A stretch of 64,000 nt of DNA from Deltaproteobacteria bacterium (GTDB lineage: Bacteria; Myxococcota_A; Polyangia; Polyangiales; Ga0077539): contig CANJUR010000008.1 of NCBI GenBank assembly GCA_947477565.1, positions 83,730-147,729 of the forward strand, in the 5' to 3' direction. Shown here one piece after another: positions 19,343 through 30,464 of the stretch. The number at the start of each line of letters is the position of its first letter. Within the stretch, counting starts at the first letter, position 1. Both the position numbers and the translations under genes were made by a program. The notes beneath the pieces were generated by a model. The model had not been told where the DNA came from. It saw only the letters and a list, made by a program, of their open reading frames with translations, and did no database searches.

Positions 19343-20374
19343 TCAGCCGTGCTCGGCTTTCCAGCGCTCAAGCAGTCCCGGCCAATTTTCAATATGCGTG
19401 CCCAACTGAAGGTTGAGTTCGTTGAGTTTGTCTTTGATTTCCTTGAGGGACTTGCGACCAAAGTTCTTGGTCTTGAGCAGGTCTGCCTCAGTTTTCTGCA
19501 CGAGTTCACCGATGTAAGCAATGTTCGCGTTCTGGAGGCAGTTGGCACTGCGAACCGAGAGTTCGAACTCCTCCACCGACTTGAACAGAGCGTCGTTGAT
19601 AGGCTCCTCCCGGGTTGCCGAGGGCATCGAGACGATCTCGTCTTGCTCCTGGAAGTTGATGAAGATCTGAAGTTGCTCCTTCAGGATCTTCGCCGCGTAA
19701 GCAACCGCGTCCCGTGGACGCACTGCACCGTTGGTCCACACCTCCAGGGTCAGTTTATCGTAGTCCGTCATCTGCCCGACCCGCGCGTTAGTGACGGTGT
19801 AGTTCACCTTGCGCACCGGCGAGAAGAGCGAATCGATCGGAACCCAACCGATGGCAAGGTTCGGATCCTTGTTACGCTCGGCAGGAACGTACCCGCGTCC
19901 CATCCCGACGATGACCTCCATCGAGAGTTTTCCACCCTTGGAAACCGTAGCGACATGCTGGTTGGGATTCAGCACTTTGATACCAGCCATCGCCTCGGTT
20001 TTTATATCACCAGCAAGGACCGCCCCGGGGCCTTCCTTGATCAGGCTGAGGGTATAGCGCTTAGCCTCTGCAGCTTGAAACACCACCTCCTTCAAATTCA
20101 AAACGATATCAGTGACGTCTTCTTTGACGTCATCAATCGTCGTGAACTCGTGAAGTGCCCCGTCGAGACGCACTGCAGTAATCGCCGCTCCCTGAAGAGA
20201 GGATAGCAGCACGCGCCGAAGCGAGTTGCCTATGGTGATGCCGAAACCGCGCTCCAACGGTTCGCACACAAACTTACCGTAGGACTCCGAGTGACTCTCC
20301 CTGTCCTCCTCAAGGAGCGCCTTGGGCCGAATGAGGTCTCGCCAGTTGCGGGCCTGCGTGGACGACTGCGTCAT
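19343..20374 (-). CDS. rpoA: RNA polymerase subunit alpha
   Basis: [42 protein letters not shown]; start set at ATG 20374. Confidence 0.97.
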   Translation of the reverse strand: MTQSSTQARNWRDLIRPKALLEEDRESHSESYGKFVCEPLERGFGITIGNSLRRVLLSSLQGAAITAVRLDGALHEFTTIDDVKEDVTDIVLNLKEVVFQAAEAKRYTLSLIKEGPGAVLAGDIKTEAMAGIKVLNPNQHVATVSKGGKLSMEVIVGMGRGYVPAERNKDPNLAIGWVPIDSLFSPVRKVNYTVTNARVGQMTDYDKLTLEVWTNGAVRPRDAVAYAAKILKEQLQIFINFQEQDEIVSMPSATREEPINDALFKSVEEFELSVRSANCLQNANIAYIGELVQKTEADLLKTKNFGRKSLKEIKDKLNELNLQLGTHIENWPGLLERWKAEHG

Positions 20375-20456
20375 GGAAACCTTTCCCTTCGTACACCACA
20401 TAGCGCGAGGCCCCACCGAACGTAGTCGGTGGAGCCTGTCGCGCTCAGACATCAAA

Positions 20457-21083
20457 TCAGCGACTGTAGAACTCGACGATCAGCTGTTCTTTGATCTCAA
20501 GCCCGACTTCCTCGCGGAGCGGAAGCGTCTTAACGGTACCCGTGAAGGACTCCTTCTCCAACTCGAGCCAGGTAGTCGGCGAGCGCCGTTCGGCTCCCGT
20601 GACGGACTCCTTAACGCGCGCGATCTCCCGAGACTTCTCACGGATTGAAACCTTGTCACCAACCTTCACAAGAAAACTCGGAATATTAACGCGCTTGCCG
20701 TTCACCGTGATGTGACAGTGAAGCACAAGTTGCCGAGCTTCGTTTCGCGTCGCCGCGAAACCCAATCGGTAAACTACGTTATCCAGCCGCCTCTCCAGTA
20801 GCGCCAGAAGGTTCTCACCGGTGACACCCTTGGTTCGGTCAGCTTCCGCAAAATACTTACGGAACTGCCGCTCCAGAACACCGTAGATCCTACGAACCTT
20901 CTGCTTTTCGCGAAGTCGCAGACCATATTCGCTGAACTTCACCCGCTGCTCACCGTGCTGACCTGGGGGCCGAGGCCGCCGCTTGAAGGAACACTTCTCC
21001 GTGTAGCAGCGATCACCCTTGAGATAGAGTTCCATCCCCTCGCGGCGACAGAGCTTGCAGACCGGACCGATGTAACGCGCCAT
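20457..21083 (-). CDS. rpsD: 30S ribosomal protein S4
   Basis: [37 protein letters not shown]. Confidence 0.98.
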   Translation of the reverse strand: MARYIGPVCKLCRREGMELYLKGDRCYTEKCSFKRRPRPPGQHGEQRVKFSEYGLRLREKQKVRRIYGVLERQFRKYFAEADRTKGVTGENLLALLERRLDNVVYRLGFAATRNEARQLVLHCHITVNGKRVNIPSFLVKVGDKVSIREKSREIARVKESVTGAERRSPTTWLELEKESFTGTVKTLPLREEVGLEIKEQLIVEFYSR

Positions 21084-21122
21084 GACGACTAACCGCTCTC
21101 TTCTTCCTCAAAACCTATGAGA

Positions 21123-21545
21123 TCAAACCCGGCGCCGCTTCGGCGGCCGACACCCATTGTGCGGAATGGGAGTAACGTCGCGAATGAGCGTCACCCGGAA
21201 ACCCGCTGTCGACAGCGCCCGAAGTGCGCTCTCTCGACCCGCACCGGGGCCCTTGATGAACACAGCGACCTCGCGCATACCGTGTTCTGCAGCTTTGCGG
21301 ACTGCGTCCTCTGCTGCCACTTGGGCGGCAAAAGGGGTACTCTTGCGAGAACCCTTGAACCCCCTGGAGCCAGCCGATGACCAAGCTACGGTATTGCCGT
21401 AGATGTCCGCGATGGTGACTATCGTGTTGTTAAACGTTGCCTGGATATGGCAAACGCCCTTCGGCACGTTTTTCCGAACCCTCTTTTTGCCCTTGAGCCC
21501 CGCCTTGCCGGTGGATGCTCCGCTCGCCGCTTGCGCCTTCGCCAT
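21123..21545 (-). CDS. rpsK: 30S ribosomal protein S11
   Basis: [34 protein letters not shown]. Confidence 0.98.
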   Translation of the reverse strand: MAKAQAASGASTGKAGLKGKKRVRKNVPKGVCHIQATFNNTIVTIADIYGNTVAWSSAGSRGFKGSRKSTPFAAQVAAEDAVRKAAEHGMREVAVFIKGPGAGRESALRALSTAGFRVTLIRDVTPIPHNGCRPPKRRRV

Positions 21546-21586
21546 CGAAGTCCTCTTGCTTATGGGTCAATCGACCTACGAAACCG

Positions 21587-21970
21587 TTACTTCTTCGCCG
21601 GAGCCGCGCGGGAAACCGCGAGACCCTTACGCGGACCCTTGCGAGTGCGTGCGTTCGTGTGAGTGCGCTGGCCGTTGACGGGCAGGCTCTTGCGGTGACG
21701 GAGTCCCCGGTAACAACCGAGATCCATCAGACGCTTGATGTTCATCTGAACTTCACGACGGAGATCACCCTCCACCTTGTAGTCCCCCTCCAGGATCTCC
21801 CGGACGCGGCGGATTTCCACGTCGCTGAGATCCTGAGTCTTCTTATCCAGCGGCACGTCTGCCTTCTTGCAGACCTCCAGGGCCTTCGCAGGCCCGATGC
21901 CGTAGAGGTAGCGGAGCGCGATCGAGATATGCTTGCGACCCGGAAGGTCGACGCCTGCAATGCGTGCCAT
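21587..21970 (-). CDS. rpsM: 30S ribosomal protein S13
   Basis: [27 protein letters not shown]. Confidence 0.98.
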   Translation of the reverse strand: MARIAGVDLPGRKHISIALRYLYGIGPAKALEVCKKADVPLDKKTQDLSDVEIRRVREILEGDYKVEGDLRREVQMNIKRLMDLGCYRGLRHRKSLPVNGQRTHTNARTRKGPRKGLAVSRAAPAKK

Positions 21971-21973
21971 TTA

Positions 21974-22087
21974 TCAGCCCTGCCGCTGCTTGTGTCGGGG
22001 GTTCTCGCAAATAATCCTTACCACCCCACGGCGGCGGATCACCTTGCACTTGTCACAGATCTTCTTCACGGACGGTCGGACCTTCAT
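21974..22087 (-). CDS. rpmJ: 50S ribosomal protein L36 (Zn-ribbon type; below ORF-track cutoff)
   Basis: Manual translation [37 protein letters not shown]. Confidence 0.97.
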   Translation of the reverse strand: MKVRPSVKKICDKCKVIRRRGVVRIICENPRHKQRQG

Positions 22088-22096
22088 CGCTCCATC

Positions 22097-22351
22097 TCAC
22101 TTGTGTCGGTACGTGATACGGCCTTTGGAAAGATCGTAGGGGCTGACTTCAACGCTCACTCGGTCGCCTGGCAGGATGCGGATGTAGAACTGCCGCATCC
22201 GGCCGGAGATCGTCGCGAGCACGTCCAGCCCATTGTCACACTTCACGCGAAACATCGCGTTTGGGAGCGCCTCCAAGACTGCGCCCTCGAATTCGAGCTT
22301 GTCCGCCTTAGCTTCGCGGGGCTCTGTGGAATGCATCCTCTTACGTGCCAT
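22097..22351 (-). CDS. infA: Translation initiation factor IF-1
   Basis: [37 protein letters not shown]. Confidence 0.97.
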   Translation of the reverse strand: MARKRMHSTEPREAKADKLEFEGAVLEALPNAMFRVKCDNGLDVLATISGRMRQFYIRILPGDRVSVEVSPYDLSKGRITYRHK

Positions 22352-22357
22352 GCGGCT

Positions 22358-23002
22358 CTATCGCGCTCCGATCGCCCGGAAGATTGCGTGGGTAACGTTT
22401 TCTACGGAACCCACGCCATCAACGCGCCGAAGCAACCCCCTGTGACCATACCAGGCCATAAGCGGCGCTGTAAGCGCTGAATAGTTCAACAATCGCGGCC
22501 GGACCACATCTTCTCGATCATCATCGCGAATCATCAGACGCTCGCCGCCCTCACCCCGATCGGGGGAAGGGGGTGGATCATACTCAAGATGATAGATTCG
22601 TCCAGTGGTTTCGCCCACCCGCCGCCCAGTAATCCTCTCAAGGATCAACGAGTCGGGCACTTCAAGCAGCACCACATGGGAGATCCCGCGCCCAGCTCGG
22701 GCAAGAATTCTCTCAAGATTCTCGGCCTGTGGGACGGTGCGAGGGAACCCATCGAGGACGAAACCGTGGCCTGCATCAGCCTCGGCGATTCTCTCCTCGA
22801 CCAGGCCTATTACGACCTCGTCCGGAACCAGAGCTCCGGAAGCCATGAACCCATCAGCCTTCCGTCCAAGTTCGCTGCCTGACTTCCGGGCCGCGCGGAG
22901 CATGTCCCCGGTCGCAATCTGCGGCACGCCAAGCTCCGCACAAAGGCGCTGGGCCTGAGTTCCCTTACCAGCACCTGGCGGGCCGATGAAAACTATGTCC
23001 AT
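22358..23002 (-). CDS. adk: Adenylate kinase
   Basis: GPPGAGKGTQA, TGDMLR, GFVLDGFPRT. Confidence 0.97.
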   Translation of the reverse strand: MDIVFIGPPGAGKGTQAQRLCAELGVPQIATGDMLRAARKSGSELGRKADGFMASGALVPDEVVIGLVEERIAEADAGHGFVLDGFPRTVPQAENLERILARAGRGISHVVLLEVPDSLILERITGRRVGETTGRIYHLEYDPPPSPDRGEGGERLMIRDDDREDVVRPRLLNYSALTAPLMAWYGHRGLLRRVDGVGSVENVTHAIFRAIGAR

Positions 23003-23004
23003 GT

Positions 23005-24327
23005 CTAAGAGGCCCTTCGGCCCTGAATCCGTGATCCACCAGGCCCAGCAAAGCCCTCGAGATGACGTGAGATGAGGTACGACTCGATCTGGTTAACCGT
23101 ATCGAGCGCCACACCCACCACAATCATTATCGAAGTCCCACCGAAGGGAAACTGAACGCGGAGATACTGTCGCATGAAGTCAGGCAACACACAGATGATG
23201 GCCACGTACATCGCGCCGCCAAACGTGATCCGCATCAGGACCTTCTCGATGTAGTCGGCAGTGTCCTTACCGGGCCGGATCATCGGAATGAAAGCCCCCT
23301 GCTTCTTCAAATTGTCGGCCAAGTCTACCGGGGGAAACGTGACCGAAGTGTAGAAGTAGCAGAAAAATACGGTGAGGACCACGAAAAGGGTGTTATAGAC
23401 CCAGTCGCCTCGCTGCATCGTGTCCCGAATCGACTCCATTCCGGGGATTCTCAGGTTGGCGAGAGTCGCAGGCAGCATCAGAACAGTTGACGCGAAGATC
23501 GGAGGGATGACCCCCGAGGAATTAACCCTCAGAGGGAGATGAGTGCGCTGACCTCCATACATCTTCCGGCCGATGATTCGTCGAGAATACTCGATCGGAA
23601 TACGCCGCTGACCCCGCTCAAAAAATACGATCGCCGCTACCGACCCCAAGATTAGTACAGCGGCAATAAGCAGGGACACCGGCGTGATCTGGCCGGTGCT
23701 TGTAAACTGCCAAGTCTGAGCGATGGCCTGAGGGAAGTCCGCAACGATCCCAGCGAAGATGATCAGCGAGATCCCGTTACCGATCCCGCGCTCAGTGATC
23801 TGCTCGCCGAGCCACATAATGAATGCAGTGCCCGTCGCAAGACTAAGCATGGTCATCAAGCGGAAATCCCACCCCTTGTTTCGAACGACATCAACCAGAT
23901 CTGCGGTCTGTCGGCCTTCAAGGTACAGCGCAATACTGAACCCCTGAACCATCGCCAACGCTATGGTCGCATAACGGGTGTACTGATTGATCTTGCGTTG
24001 CCCGAGTTCACCTTCCTTACGAAGTTCTTCGAGGGGCTTGAAGATCGAGCTCAGTAACTGAAAAATAATCGAAGCGGACACATAAGGTGCCACCCCCAGG
24101 GCGAAGATACTCACCTGTTCGAGAGCGCCGCCAGAGAATAGATTGAGCATGCCGAGCAAAGACCCACTGTTGTCTTGCCCCATGAACTCCTGCATGGCTT
24201 GGCGATCAGCCCCGGGCACGGTGACGTAAACCCCGACGCGATAGACAGCGAGCATGCCAAGGCTAAACAGAAGTCGTCTTCGGAGTTCTGGGATCTTTGC
24301 GATGTTGCTGAGGGCGCCGAGTGCCAT
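23005..24327 (-). CDS. secY: Preprotein translocase subunit SecY
   Basis: SIFALGVAPYVSASII, WLGEQITERGIGNGIS, GVIPPIFAS, IRPG, GGTS. Confidence 0.98.
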   Translation of the reverse strand: MALGALSNIAKIPELRRRLLFSLGMLAVYRVGVYVTVPGADRQAMQEFMGQDNSGSLLGMLNLFSGGALEQVSIFALGVAPYVSASIIFQLLSSIFKPLEELRKEGELGQRKINQYTRYATIALAMVQGFSIALYLEGRQTADLVDVVRNKGWDFRLMTMLSLATGTAFIMWLGEQITERGIGNGISLIIFAGIVADFPQAIAQTWQFTSTGQITPVSLLIAAVLILGSVAAIVFFERGQRRIPIEYSRRIIGRKMYGGQRTHLPLRVNSSGVIPPIFASTVLMLPATLANLRIPGMESIRDTMQRGDWVYNTLFVVLTVFFCYFYTSVTFPPVDLADNLKKQGAFIPMIRPGKDTADYIEKVLMRITFGGAMYVAIICVLPDFMRQYLRVQFPFGGTSIMIVVGVALDTVNQIESYLISRHLEGFAGPGGSRIQGRRAS

Positions 24328-24437
24328 TCGGGTGTTCCTTAAGGAGGTTCGGGGACGCAGCGGCGAGACAGAGAGCCAACAAGGCTAACTGTCTCACCGA
24401 GAAACGCCGAACATCGGCGCGCGTCTGAAACCCGAGA

Positions 24438-24932
24438 TCAGGCCTTCGCGCTTCCCTCTTTCGGGGGAGCGGTGGTCGACAGGAGTTCGACGGTGCCACC
24501 CGTCGCTTCGACCTTGGCTCGAGCACCAGCGGAGATCCCGTGAACCCTTAACGTTAGTTTGATGGAGAGATCACCGTCGCCAAGAATCTTCACGCGGTCT
24601 GCACGCTTCTCGACGAGGCCCATCGTCGCCAATGCTGCGATGTCCACGATCGCACCAGCGTCAAACGACTTATCTAGAGCCCCTACGTTCACGGCAGAGA
24701 TTTCCGTCGCGAAGAGGGTATTTCGAAACCCGCGCTTCGGCAACCTCCGCTGCATCGGGGTCTGCCCACCCTGAAATCCCATTTTACTGAAGTTACCAGG
24801 ATGCCGTGCTTTTTGGCCCTTCTGGCCTTTACCAGCAGTCTTCCCAAGGCCAGAACCTACGCCGCGACCCCTACGGGTCCTCTTGCGCACCGCCCCAGCA
24901 GGGGGGTGCAGATTACTCAAAACATTAGCCAT
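24438..24932 (-). CDS. rplO: 50S ribosomal protein L15
   Basis: GRGVGSGLGKTAGKGQKGQKAR, GGQTPMQRRLPKRGF. Confidence 0.97.
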   Translation of the reverse strand: MANVLSNLHPPAGAVRKRTRRGRGVGSGLGKTAGKGQKGQKARHPGNFSKMGFQGGQTPMQRRLPKRGFRNTLFATEISAVNVGALDKSFDAGAIVDIAALATMGLVEKRADRVKILGDGDLSIKLTLRVHGISAGARAKVEATGGTVELLSTTAPPKEGSAKA

Positions 24933-25116
24933 CGATCTCCTCCACCGAGACAAGGTGGATCACCTTCTTGATCGCACCGCGGAAGGCCGGGGTGTTTGCC
25001 ACCACGACCGCAGTGTTCGGTCCGCGCAGTCCGAGACCGCTGACGGTCTGCTCGAACTGGTAACGCTCGCCGATCGTCGACTTTGTCTGCGTCACTCGCA
25101 GTTTCGCCTTAGCCAT
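24925..25116 (-). CDS. rpmD: 50S ribosomal protein L30
   Basis: VTQTKSTIG...LGLR....V...NTP..RG; position between rpsE and rplO. Confidence 0.93.
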   Translation of the reverse strand: MAKAKLRVTQTKSTIGERYQFEQTVSGLGLRGPNTAVVVANTPAFRGAIKKVIHLVSVEEIDG

Positions 25117-25119
25117 CGC

Positions 25120-25632
25120 CTACGCCGTCTTCTCGGAGATTTCTTCCACGGTTTTACCGCGTCGGGCCGCAGTGGCACTGATGTCGCGCAACTGCTTGAG
25201 CGCCGCGATGGTAGCCTTAACCGCGTTGTGCGGATTGCGACTGCCGAGACTCTTCGAGAGAATGTCGCGAATACCCGCGCTCTCGACAACCGCGCGAACC
25301 GCACCGCCAGCAATTACTCCCGTTCCAGCCGAGGCCGGCCGGAGCAGAACCTCGCCAGCCCCAAAGTGGCCAACAACATCATGGGGAATGGTGGTCCCAA
25401 CACGAGGCACAGAGAACAGATTCTTTCGAGCCTGTTCGTTGCCCTTCCGGATCGCCTCAGGAACCTCATTGGCCTTACCCAGGCCAACGCCGACGCGACC
25501 GTTGCCATCACCGACCACTATTAGAGCGGAGAAGGAGAATCGACGACCCCCCTTAACCACCTTGGCTACGCGGTTGATGTTGACTACCCGCTCCTTGAGT
25601 TCCGCGCCCTCGTCGTTATCTGACATCGACAT
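25120..25632 (-). CDS. rpsE: 30S ribosomal protein S5
   Basis: [30 protein letters not shown]. Confidence 0.98.
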   Translation of the reverse strand: MSMSDNDEGAELKERVVNINRVAKVVKGGRRFSFSALIVVGDGNGRVGVGLGKANEVPEAIRKGNEQARKNLFSVPRVGTTIPHDVVGHFGAGEVLLRPASAGTGVIAGGAVRAVVESAGIRDILSKSLGSRNPHNAVKATIAALKQLRDISATAARRGKTVEEISEKTA

Positions 25633-25654
25633 CGATGCGTCTCCCTCTTCAGCC

Positions 25655-26020
25655 TTAGAAGCTCAGGCCCGCCTTGCGGGCGCCATCGGCAAGCGCGCCG
25701 ACACGGTTGTTTTCCTGGTAGACATAGCCATTTCGGTCAAAGACAACCTTGGCAATACCTTTCTCCAGGCACAGTTTGGCCAGGGCCTCGCCGACCTTAC
25801 GGGCCGCATCGAGTTTCCGATCGTCCTTCACCGTGTCGCGAACCGTAGGAGACAAAGTTCCCACTGCCACGAGCGTAGTGCCGACCACATCATCAATCAC
25901 CTGGGCGTAGATGTTCTTCGCAGACCGGAAGACCGTGAGCCGCGGACGTTCCGCAGTCCCGGTAACCCTGCCCCGAATGCGCGTCTTGCGCCTGAGTCTC
26001 TGTTCGTCCTTTGCCTTCAT
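25655..26020 (-). CDS. rplR: 50S ribosomal protein L18
   Basis: [27 protein letters not shown]. Confidence 0.97.
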   Translation of the reverse strand: MKAKDEQRLRRKTRIRGRVTGTAERPRLTVFRSAKNIYAQVIDDVVGTTLVAVGTLSPTVRDTVKDDRKLDAARKVGEALAKLCLEKGIAKVVFDRNGYVYQENNRVGALADGARKAGLSF

Positions 26021-26067
26021 CGTGTCCTCGACCTGTACGGCACCGCTAGTTACGGCGCCGGCTTAAG

Positions 26068-26667
26068 TCACTTGCCGCCCTTACCGCCCTTACCAGCCTT
26101 GCCCGCCTTCTGGCGGATCTTGACCAGAACCGGGCTCGCCGTCGGCGACCCGTCAACCATCAACCGTACGCCTTTACCCTTGTAGGGCTCCGGCGGTCGG
26201 AATGACTGCAACTGGGCTACCGCCTTGCCAAGCAAATCACGATCGACTGTTTCTAGCAGTAGTACCGTGTTCTTGCTGTCACCAGGGATCTGTACCGAGA
26301 GCCCCTTCGGCACCTCGAAAACAACCGGATGGGACAGGCCGAGCGAGAGAGTAAGGATCGAGCCCTTGAGGTCGGCCTTGTAACCCGTACCCTCAAGCCG
26401 AATCCCCCTCTTGTATCCCTTCGACACACCCGTCACTGCGTTGTTCAGGTGTGACCGGAAGGTCCCGCTCATCCGGGACGCTACCTCGGTAGGAATGTCC
26501 GTCTTTGCAACAACGATCGCTTGTCCGTCTTTTGTCACAATCTGTACATCGGATGTCATTGCCCGACGCACAGTTCCTTTCGGACCCTTCACTTCGAAGT
26601 AGTCCGATCCGCTAGTCACGGTGACGCCCTGCGGCAGGGCTACTGGTCGCTTGCCAATCCTCGACAT
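26068..26667 (-). CDS. rplF: 50S ribosomal protein L6
   Basis: MSRIGK.P, VKGPKG, RPPEPYKGKGV. Confidence 0.97.
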   Translation of the reverse strand: MSRIGKRPVALPQGVTVTSGSDYFEVKGPKGTVRRAMTSDVQIVTKDGQAIVVAKTDIPTEVASRMSGTFRSHLNNAVTGVSKGYKRGIRLEGTGYKADLKGSILTLSLGLSHPVVFEVPKGLSVQIPGDSKNTVLLLETVDRDLLGKAVAQLQSFRPPEPYKGKGVRLMVDGSPTASPVLVKIRQKAGKAGKGGKGGK

Positions 26668-26671
26668 GGCC

Positions 26672-27070
26672 TCACCACACTTCGCAGAGGAGTTCGCCAC
26701 CCACGCCAAGGCTCCGGGCCTGGCGATCGCTCAATACCCCACGAGAGGTACTGAGAATGGAGATGCCGAGGCCGCTACGTACTTTGGTGATCTTATCGAC
26801 CCCCACGTACACCCTGCGTCCCGGGCGAGAGACCCGACGGATGCCCTCGATCGCCGACTGGCGATCACGACCATACTTGAGCACCATAACAATGGTCTCC
26901 CGTCCTTCTTCACCGACATCGGCGCCCACCGAGGATACATATCCCTCGGAGGCGAGAATTTCGGCAACCGCGCGCTTCAACTTGGAAGCGGGCATTACCA
27001 CACGTTCATGTCGCGCCATCACAGCGTTTCTGACGCGGGTCAGCATATCTGAAATAGGATCCGTCAACAT
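26672..27070 (-). CDS. rpsH: 30S ribosomal protein S8
   Basis: TDPISDMLTR.RN, SRPGRRVY, STSRG, GGELLC. Confidence 0.98.
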   Translation of the reverse strand: MLTDPISDMLTRVRNAVMARHERVVMPASKLKRAVAEILASEGYVSSVGADVGEEGRETIVMVLKYGRDRQSAIEGIRRVSRPGRRVYVGVDKITKVRSGLGISILSTSRGVLSDRQARSLGVGGELLCEVW

Positions 27071-27080
27071 CGTCGACCTC

Positions 27081-27266
27081 TCACCAGCTCGCCTTGGTCA
27101 CGCCGGGCAGCTCGCCCTTGAGTGCCAGGCTGCGGAGGCACACGCGGCAGAGCTCGAATTTTCGGTAGTAGGCTCGCGCACGCCCACAGACCTTGCACCG
27201 ATTGCGGTGTCTTACCGCGAACTTCGGAGCTTCTTGCAGTTTCGCAAACGAACAGGCACGTGCCAC
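27081..27266 (-). CDS. rpsN: 30S ribosomal protein S14 (Zn-binding, type Z)
   Basis: RCKVCGR.R....[19 protein letters not shown]. Confidence 0.97.
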   Translation of the reverse strand: MARACSFAKLQEAPKFAVRHRNRCKVCGRARAYYRKFELCRVCLRSLALKGELPGVTKASW

Positions 27267-27296
27267 GGTTTATCTCCCGTCTTCCTTCAATGAAAC

Positions 27297-27986
27297 TCAG
27301 TGACGAAACGGCATTCCGAGGTGTTGGAGGAGCGCACGGCCCTCCTCGTCGTTCACCGCGGTCGTGGTGATACAGATGTTGAGTCCCTTCACCTTCTCCA
27401 CCGTGTCGTAGTTGATCTCCGGGAAGATGATCTGCTCCTTGACTCCGAGGGTGTAGTTTCCCTTCCCGTCGAAAGCCTTGGGGCTCACTCCCTTAAAATC
27501 ACGGACTCGTGGTAGCGCGAAGGTGACCAACCGATCCAGGAATTCCCACATCCGCTCGCGTCGCAGCGTGACCATGGTCCCGATAGGAACTCCGGTTCGC
27601 AGCTTAAACGTTGCAATGCTCTTCCTGGCCCTGGTCACCACCGGCTTCTGGCCGGTGATTGCGGTGATTTGCTCGACACCCATATCGATGATCTTGGCGT
27701 TACCGACTGCCTCGCCTAGACCCATATTTAGGGTGATCTTGACTAACCGAGGCACCTGCATCGGGTTGGTGTATCCGAACTGCTTGAGCAGGGTCGGCAC
27801 GACCTCTGCTCGATACTTGTCCCGGAGGCGCGGAGGAATCTTTTGCTCAGGACCACGCGGGGCCGCGTCAGGGGCAGCGGCAGCAGGCTTCTTCTTTGCT
27901 GTTCCGGCCTTTGCTTTCGGGGGCGACACCGGCTTGGCGCCGCCCTTCGGCGCATCGGCGCCCTTCTTCTTCTTATCGTCCGCCAT
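27297..27986 (-). CDS. rplE: 50S ribosomal protein L5 (with K/A/P-rich N-terminal extension)
   Basis: [36 protein letters not shown]. Confidence 0.97.
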   Translation of the reverse strand: MADDKKKKGADAPKGGAKPVSPPKAKAGTAKKKPAAAAPDAAPRGPEQKIPPRLRDKYRAEVVPTLLKQFGYTNPMQVPRLVKITLNMGLGEAVGNAKIIDMGVEQITAITGQKPVVTRARKSIATFKLRTGVPIGTMVTLRRERMWEFLDRLVTFALPRVRDFKGVSPKAFDGKGNYTLGVKEQIIFPEINYDTVEKVKGLNICITTTAVNDEEGRALLQHLGMPFRH

Positions 27987-28073
27987 CGCTCTATTCCTCT
28001 TCGGCTTCGCGTTTCCGTCGGCGCTACAAAGCGCCCTGTAACGGGTCTCGCGCCCGGTTACCCAAGAACGGCC

Positions 28074-28406
28074 TTAGACCGTCTCGTTCTTGATTTCCTT
28101 GCCACTCTTTACCGCGACTCGGGTCTTCGACCCATCGGCGGCAACTTTCGTGCGAACCCTCGTGCCCCTGCCCGTTTCCGGGTCCATCGGCATGACTTTA
28201 GAGAGGTGCATTGGGCGCTCGGCCTCGATGATGCCACCCTCGCGGTTACGAGGTGTTGGGCGCGTGTGCCGCTTCACCTTGTTAAGACCCTCGACCAGCA
28301 CTCGCTGGGCCTCAGGAAACACGGTGAGCACCTTACCAGTGCTGCCCTTCTCGTCACCGGAGATCACGACGACGGTGTCTCCCTTGCGGATTCTTGCGAG
28401 GCTCAT
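28074..28406 (-). CDS. rplX: 50S ribosomal protein L24
   Basis: [16 protein letters not shown] (KOW), VLVEGLN, GGIIE.E.P. Confidence 0.96.
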   Translation of the reverse strand: MSLARIRKGDTVVVISGDEKGSTGKVLTVFPEAQRVLVEGLNKVKRHTRPTPRNREGGIIEAERPMHLSKVMPMDPETGRGTRVRTKVAADGSKTRVAVKSGKEIKNETV

Positions 28407-28407
28407 A

Positions 28408-28776
28408 TCAGATGACCTCCGGCGCCAGCGAGATGATCTTGCTGAACTTCTTCGCACGCAGTTCTCTAGCGACCGGGCCAAAGATTCGAGTCCCAACGGG
28501 CTCACCTTCCTTGTCGATCAGGACCGCGCTGTTCGTGTCGAACTTCACGTAAGAACCGTCGGGGCGCGAATACTCCCGGACCGTGCGAACGACCACCGCG
28601 CGAGCGGTCTGGCCCTTCTTAACCTTCATGTTAGGGAGCGCTTCTTTTACGCTCACCACGATCACATCGCCGAGCGCGGCGTACTTCCGCCGCGATCCGC
28701 CGAGAACCTTTACGCACTGGACTCGACGCGCACCGGAGTTGTCCGCGACGTCCAGGATTGTCCGCATCTGAATCAT
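28408..28776 (-). CDS. rplN: 50S ribosomal protein L14
   Basis: [29 protein letters not shown]. Confidence 0.98.
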   Translation of the reverse strand: MIQMRTILDVADNSGARRVQCVKVLGGSRRKYAALGDVIVVSVKEALPNMKVKKGQTARAVVVRTVREYSRPDGSYVKFDTNSAVLIDKEGEPVGTRIFGPVARELRAKKFSKIISLAPEVI

Positions 28777-28802
28777 TCTTCTCTACCGCCTCTTCCGAAC
28801 GC

Positions 28803-29093
28803 TCAGGACTCTTCGGGCCGGGTGACTAGACGGATCACCGTCCAGCGCTTCTCTCGAGAGATCGCCCGGTGCTCCCGGATTTCCACCACGTCTCCAGCCT
28901 TGAATTGCTGGCTCTCATCGTGGGCCTTGTACTTCTTTCTGCGGCGAACGTACTTCCCGTACACCGAGTGACGCACCGAGCGCACCACTTCGACCACCAC
29001 AGTCTTTTGCATTTTTGCGCTCGTGACCTTGCCGATCAGCGTTCGCTTGCGGCCGTGGACCTCGGTCTCAGCGGCAGTTGCTTCCGTCGTCAT
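28803..29093 (-). CDS. rpsQ: 30S ribosomal protein S17
   Basis: GKV.S.KMQKTVVV, H..YGK, AHDE, GDVV.I.E. Confidence 0.97.
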   Translation of the reverse strand: MTTEATAAETEVHGRKRTLIGKVTSAKMQKTVVVEVVRSVRHSVYGKYVRRRKKYKAHDESQQFKAGDVVEIREHRAISREKRWTVIRLVTRPEES

Positions 29094-29097
29094 CTTA

Positions 29098-29307
29098 TCA
29101 ACCCTTCGCCTTTGCCCGCCCTGTGCGCACCGTCAACGCGCGAGCCAGGTCGTGCCGGAGCTTGGCGATCCGGCTGGTGTCATCAAGCAGGTTCGCATGG
29201 TTGCGAAATCGCGTATCCAGAAGGTTCTTGGTCGCGTCGTCGATGTAAGAGTTCAGCTCTACATCGGACTTAGCGATCAGGTCCTTCGCGGTCGTTCCCT
29301 TGGCCAT
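29098..29307 (-). CDS. rpmC: 50S ribosomal protein L29
   Basis: Size, position and RF.....L......I..LR.DLAR..T pattern. Confidence 0.9.
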   Translation of the reverse strand: MAKGTTAKDLIAKSDVELNSYIDDATKNLLDTRFRNHANLLDDTSRIAKLRHDLARALTVRTGRAKAKG

Positions 29308-29319
29308 CGATCGTCTCCC

Positions 29320-29733
29320 TCAGCCAATCGCGCGGGTAATGACCCGCGCCTCGAGCGGCAGCTTGTGTGCTGCAAGGCGGAAAGCCTCGCGCGCAACGTC
29401 TTCCGGGATGCCGCCAAGCTCGTAGACCACGCGCCCTCGCTGCACCACCGCCACCCACTCCTCGACCGCCCCTTTACCGTGACCCATGCGGGTCTCCAGG
29501 GGCTTCTTCGTGACAGGCTTGTCCGGGAAGACCCGAATCCAAAGCTTGCCAGCGCGCTTTACATGCCGGGTGATCGCCATACGAGCGGCTTCAATCTGCC
29601 TCGCTGTGATCCGACCGGACTCCACGATCTGCATTCCGAAGTCACCGAAGGACACATCGCAACCGTTGTGCGCTGTCCCCTTCAGGTTGCCCTTCATCTG
29701 CTTGCGGTACTTAACCTTCTTCGGCGAAAGCAT
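29320..29733 (-). CDS. rplP: 50S ribosomal protein L16
   Basis: [38 protein letters not shown]. Confidence 0.98.
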   Translation of the reverse strand: MLSPKKVKYRKQMKGNLKGTAHNGCDVSFGDFGMQIVESGRITARQIEAARMAITRHVKRAGKLWIRVFPDKPVTKKPLETRMGHGKGAVEEWVAVVQRGRVVYELGGIPEDVAREAFRLAAHKLPLEARVITRAIG

Positions 29734-29755
29734 TTGCGTCTTCTCCGGCGATCGT

Positions 29756-30457
29756 TCAGCGGGTGCCCGGGCGGCGCTTCTTCTGCGGAAGCACCTCTCC
29801 CTTGAACAACCAAACCTTCACCCCGATGGAGCCGTACGTCGTGTGCGCCTCCGCGGTACCAAACTCGATGTCCGCGCGGAGAGTGTGCAGCGGCACCCTG
29901 CCCTCGCGGTAGCTTTCAACACGCGCCATCTCCGAGCCCCCGAGACGACCTGCGCAGCGGATGCGGATACCTCGAGCGCCCAACTTCATGGCGGCGCCGA
30001 CGGCCTTCTTCATGGCACGGCGGAACGAGACCCGACGCTCCAACTGCGTCGCGACTGACTCGGAGACGAGTTGGGCATTGGTGTCTGCCTTACGGATCTC
30101 CTGCACGTCGATGACGACGTCATCAGCGTTGGCATTGGTGTAGTGAAGTAGTCCTGGAAACGGCGCGGCGCCCTTGCGCTCCGCCGGCTTCCCCTTCTTC
30201 AACTCCTCGACACCCTTGCCGCCCTTGCCGATCACGATGCCCGGACGTGCGGTGTAGATGATGACCTTCACCTTGGCCGCGGCGCGCTCGATCTCGACCG
30301 CCGAAATACCGGCGTTCTGGAGTTGTTCCTTCACCACGCGCTTAAGCGTGATGTCCTCGTGGAGCCAAGCGGCGTAGTTGCGCTCTTCAAACCACTTGGA
30401 GTTCCAGGTCTTGATGACCCCAAGGCGGAACCCGTACGGATGAACCTTCTGTCCCAT
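29756..30457 (-). CDS. rpsC: 30S ribosomal protein S3
   Basis: [33 protein letters not shown]. Confidence 0.98.
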   Translation of the reverse strand: MGQKVHPYGFRLGVIKTWNSKWFEERNYAAWLHEDITLKRVVKEQLQNAGISAVEIERAAAKVKVIIYTARPGIVIGKGGKGVEELKKGKPAERKGAAPFPGLLHYTNANADDVVIDVQEIRKADTNAQLVSESVATQLERRVSFRRAMKKAVGAAMKLGARGIRIRCAGRLGGSEMARVESYREGRVPLHTLRADIEFGTAEAHTTYGSIGVKVWLFKGEVLPQKKRRPGTR

Positions 30458-30464
30458 TGCTCGC

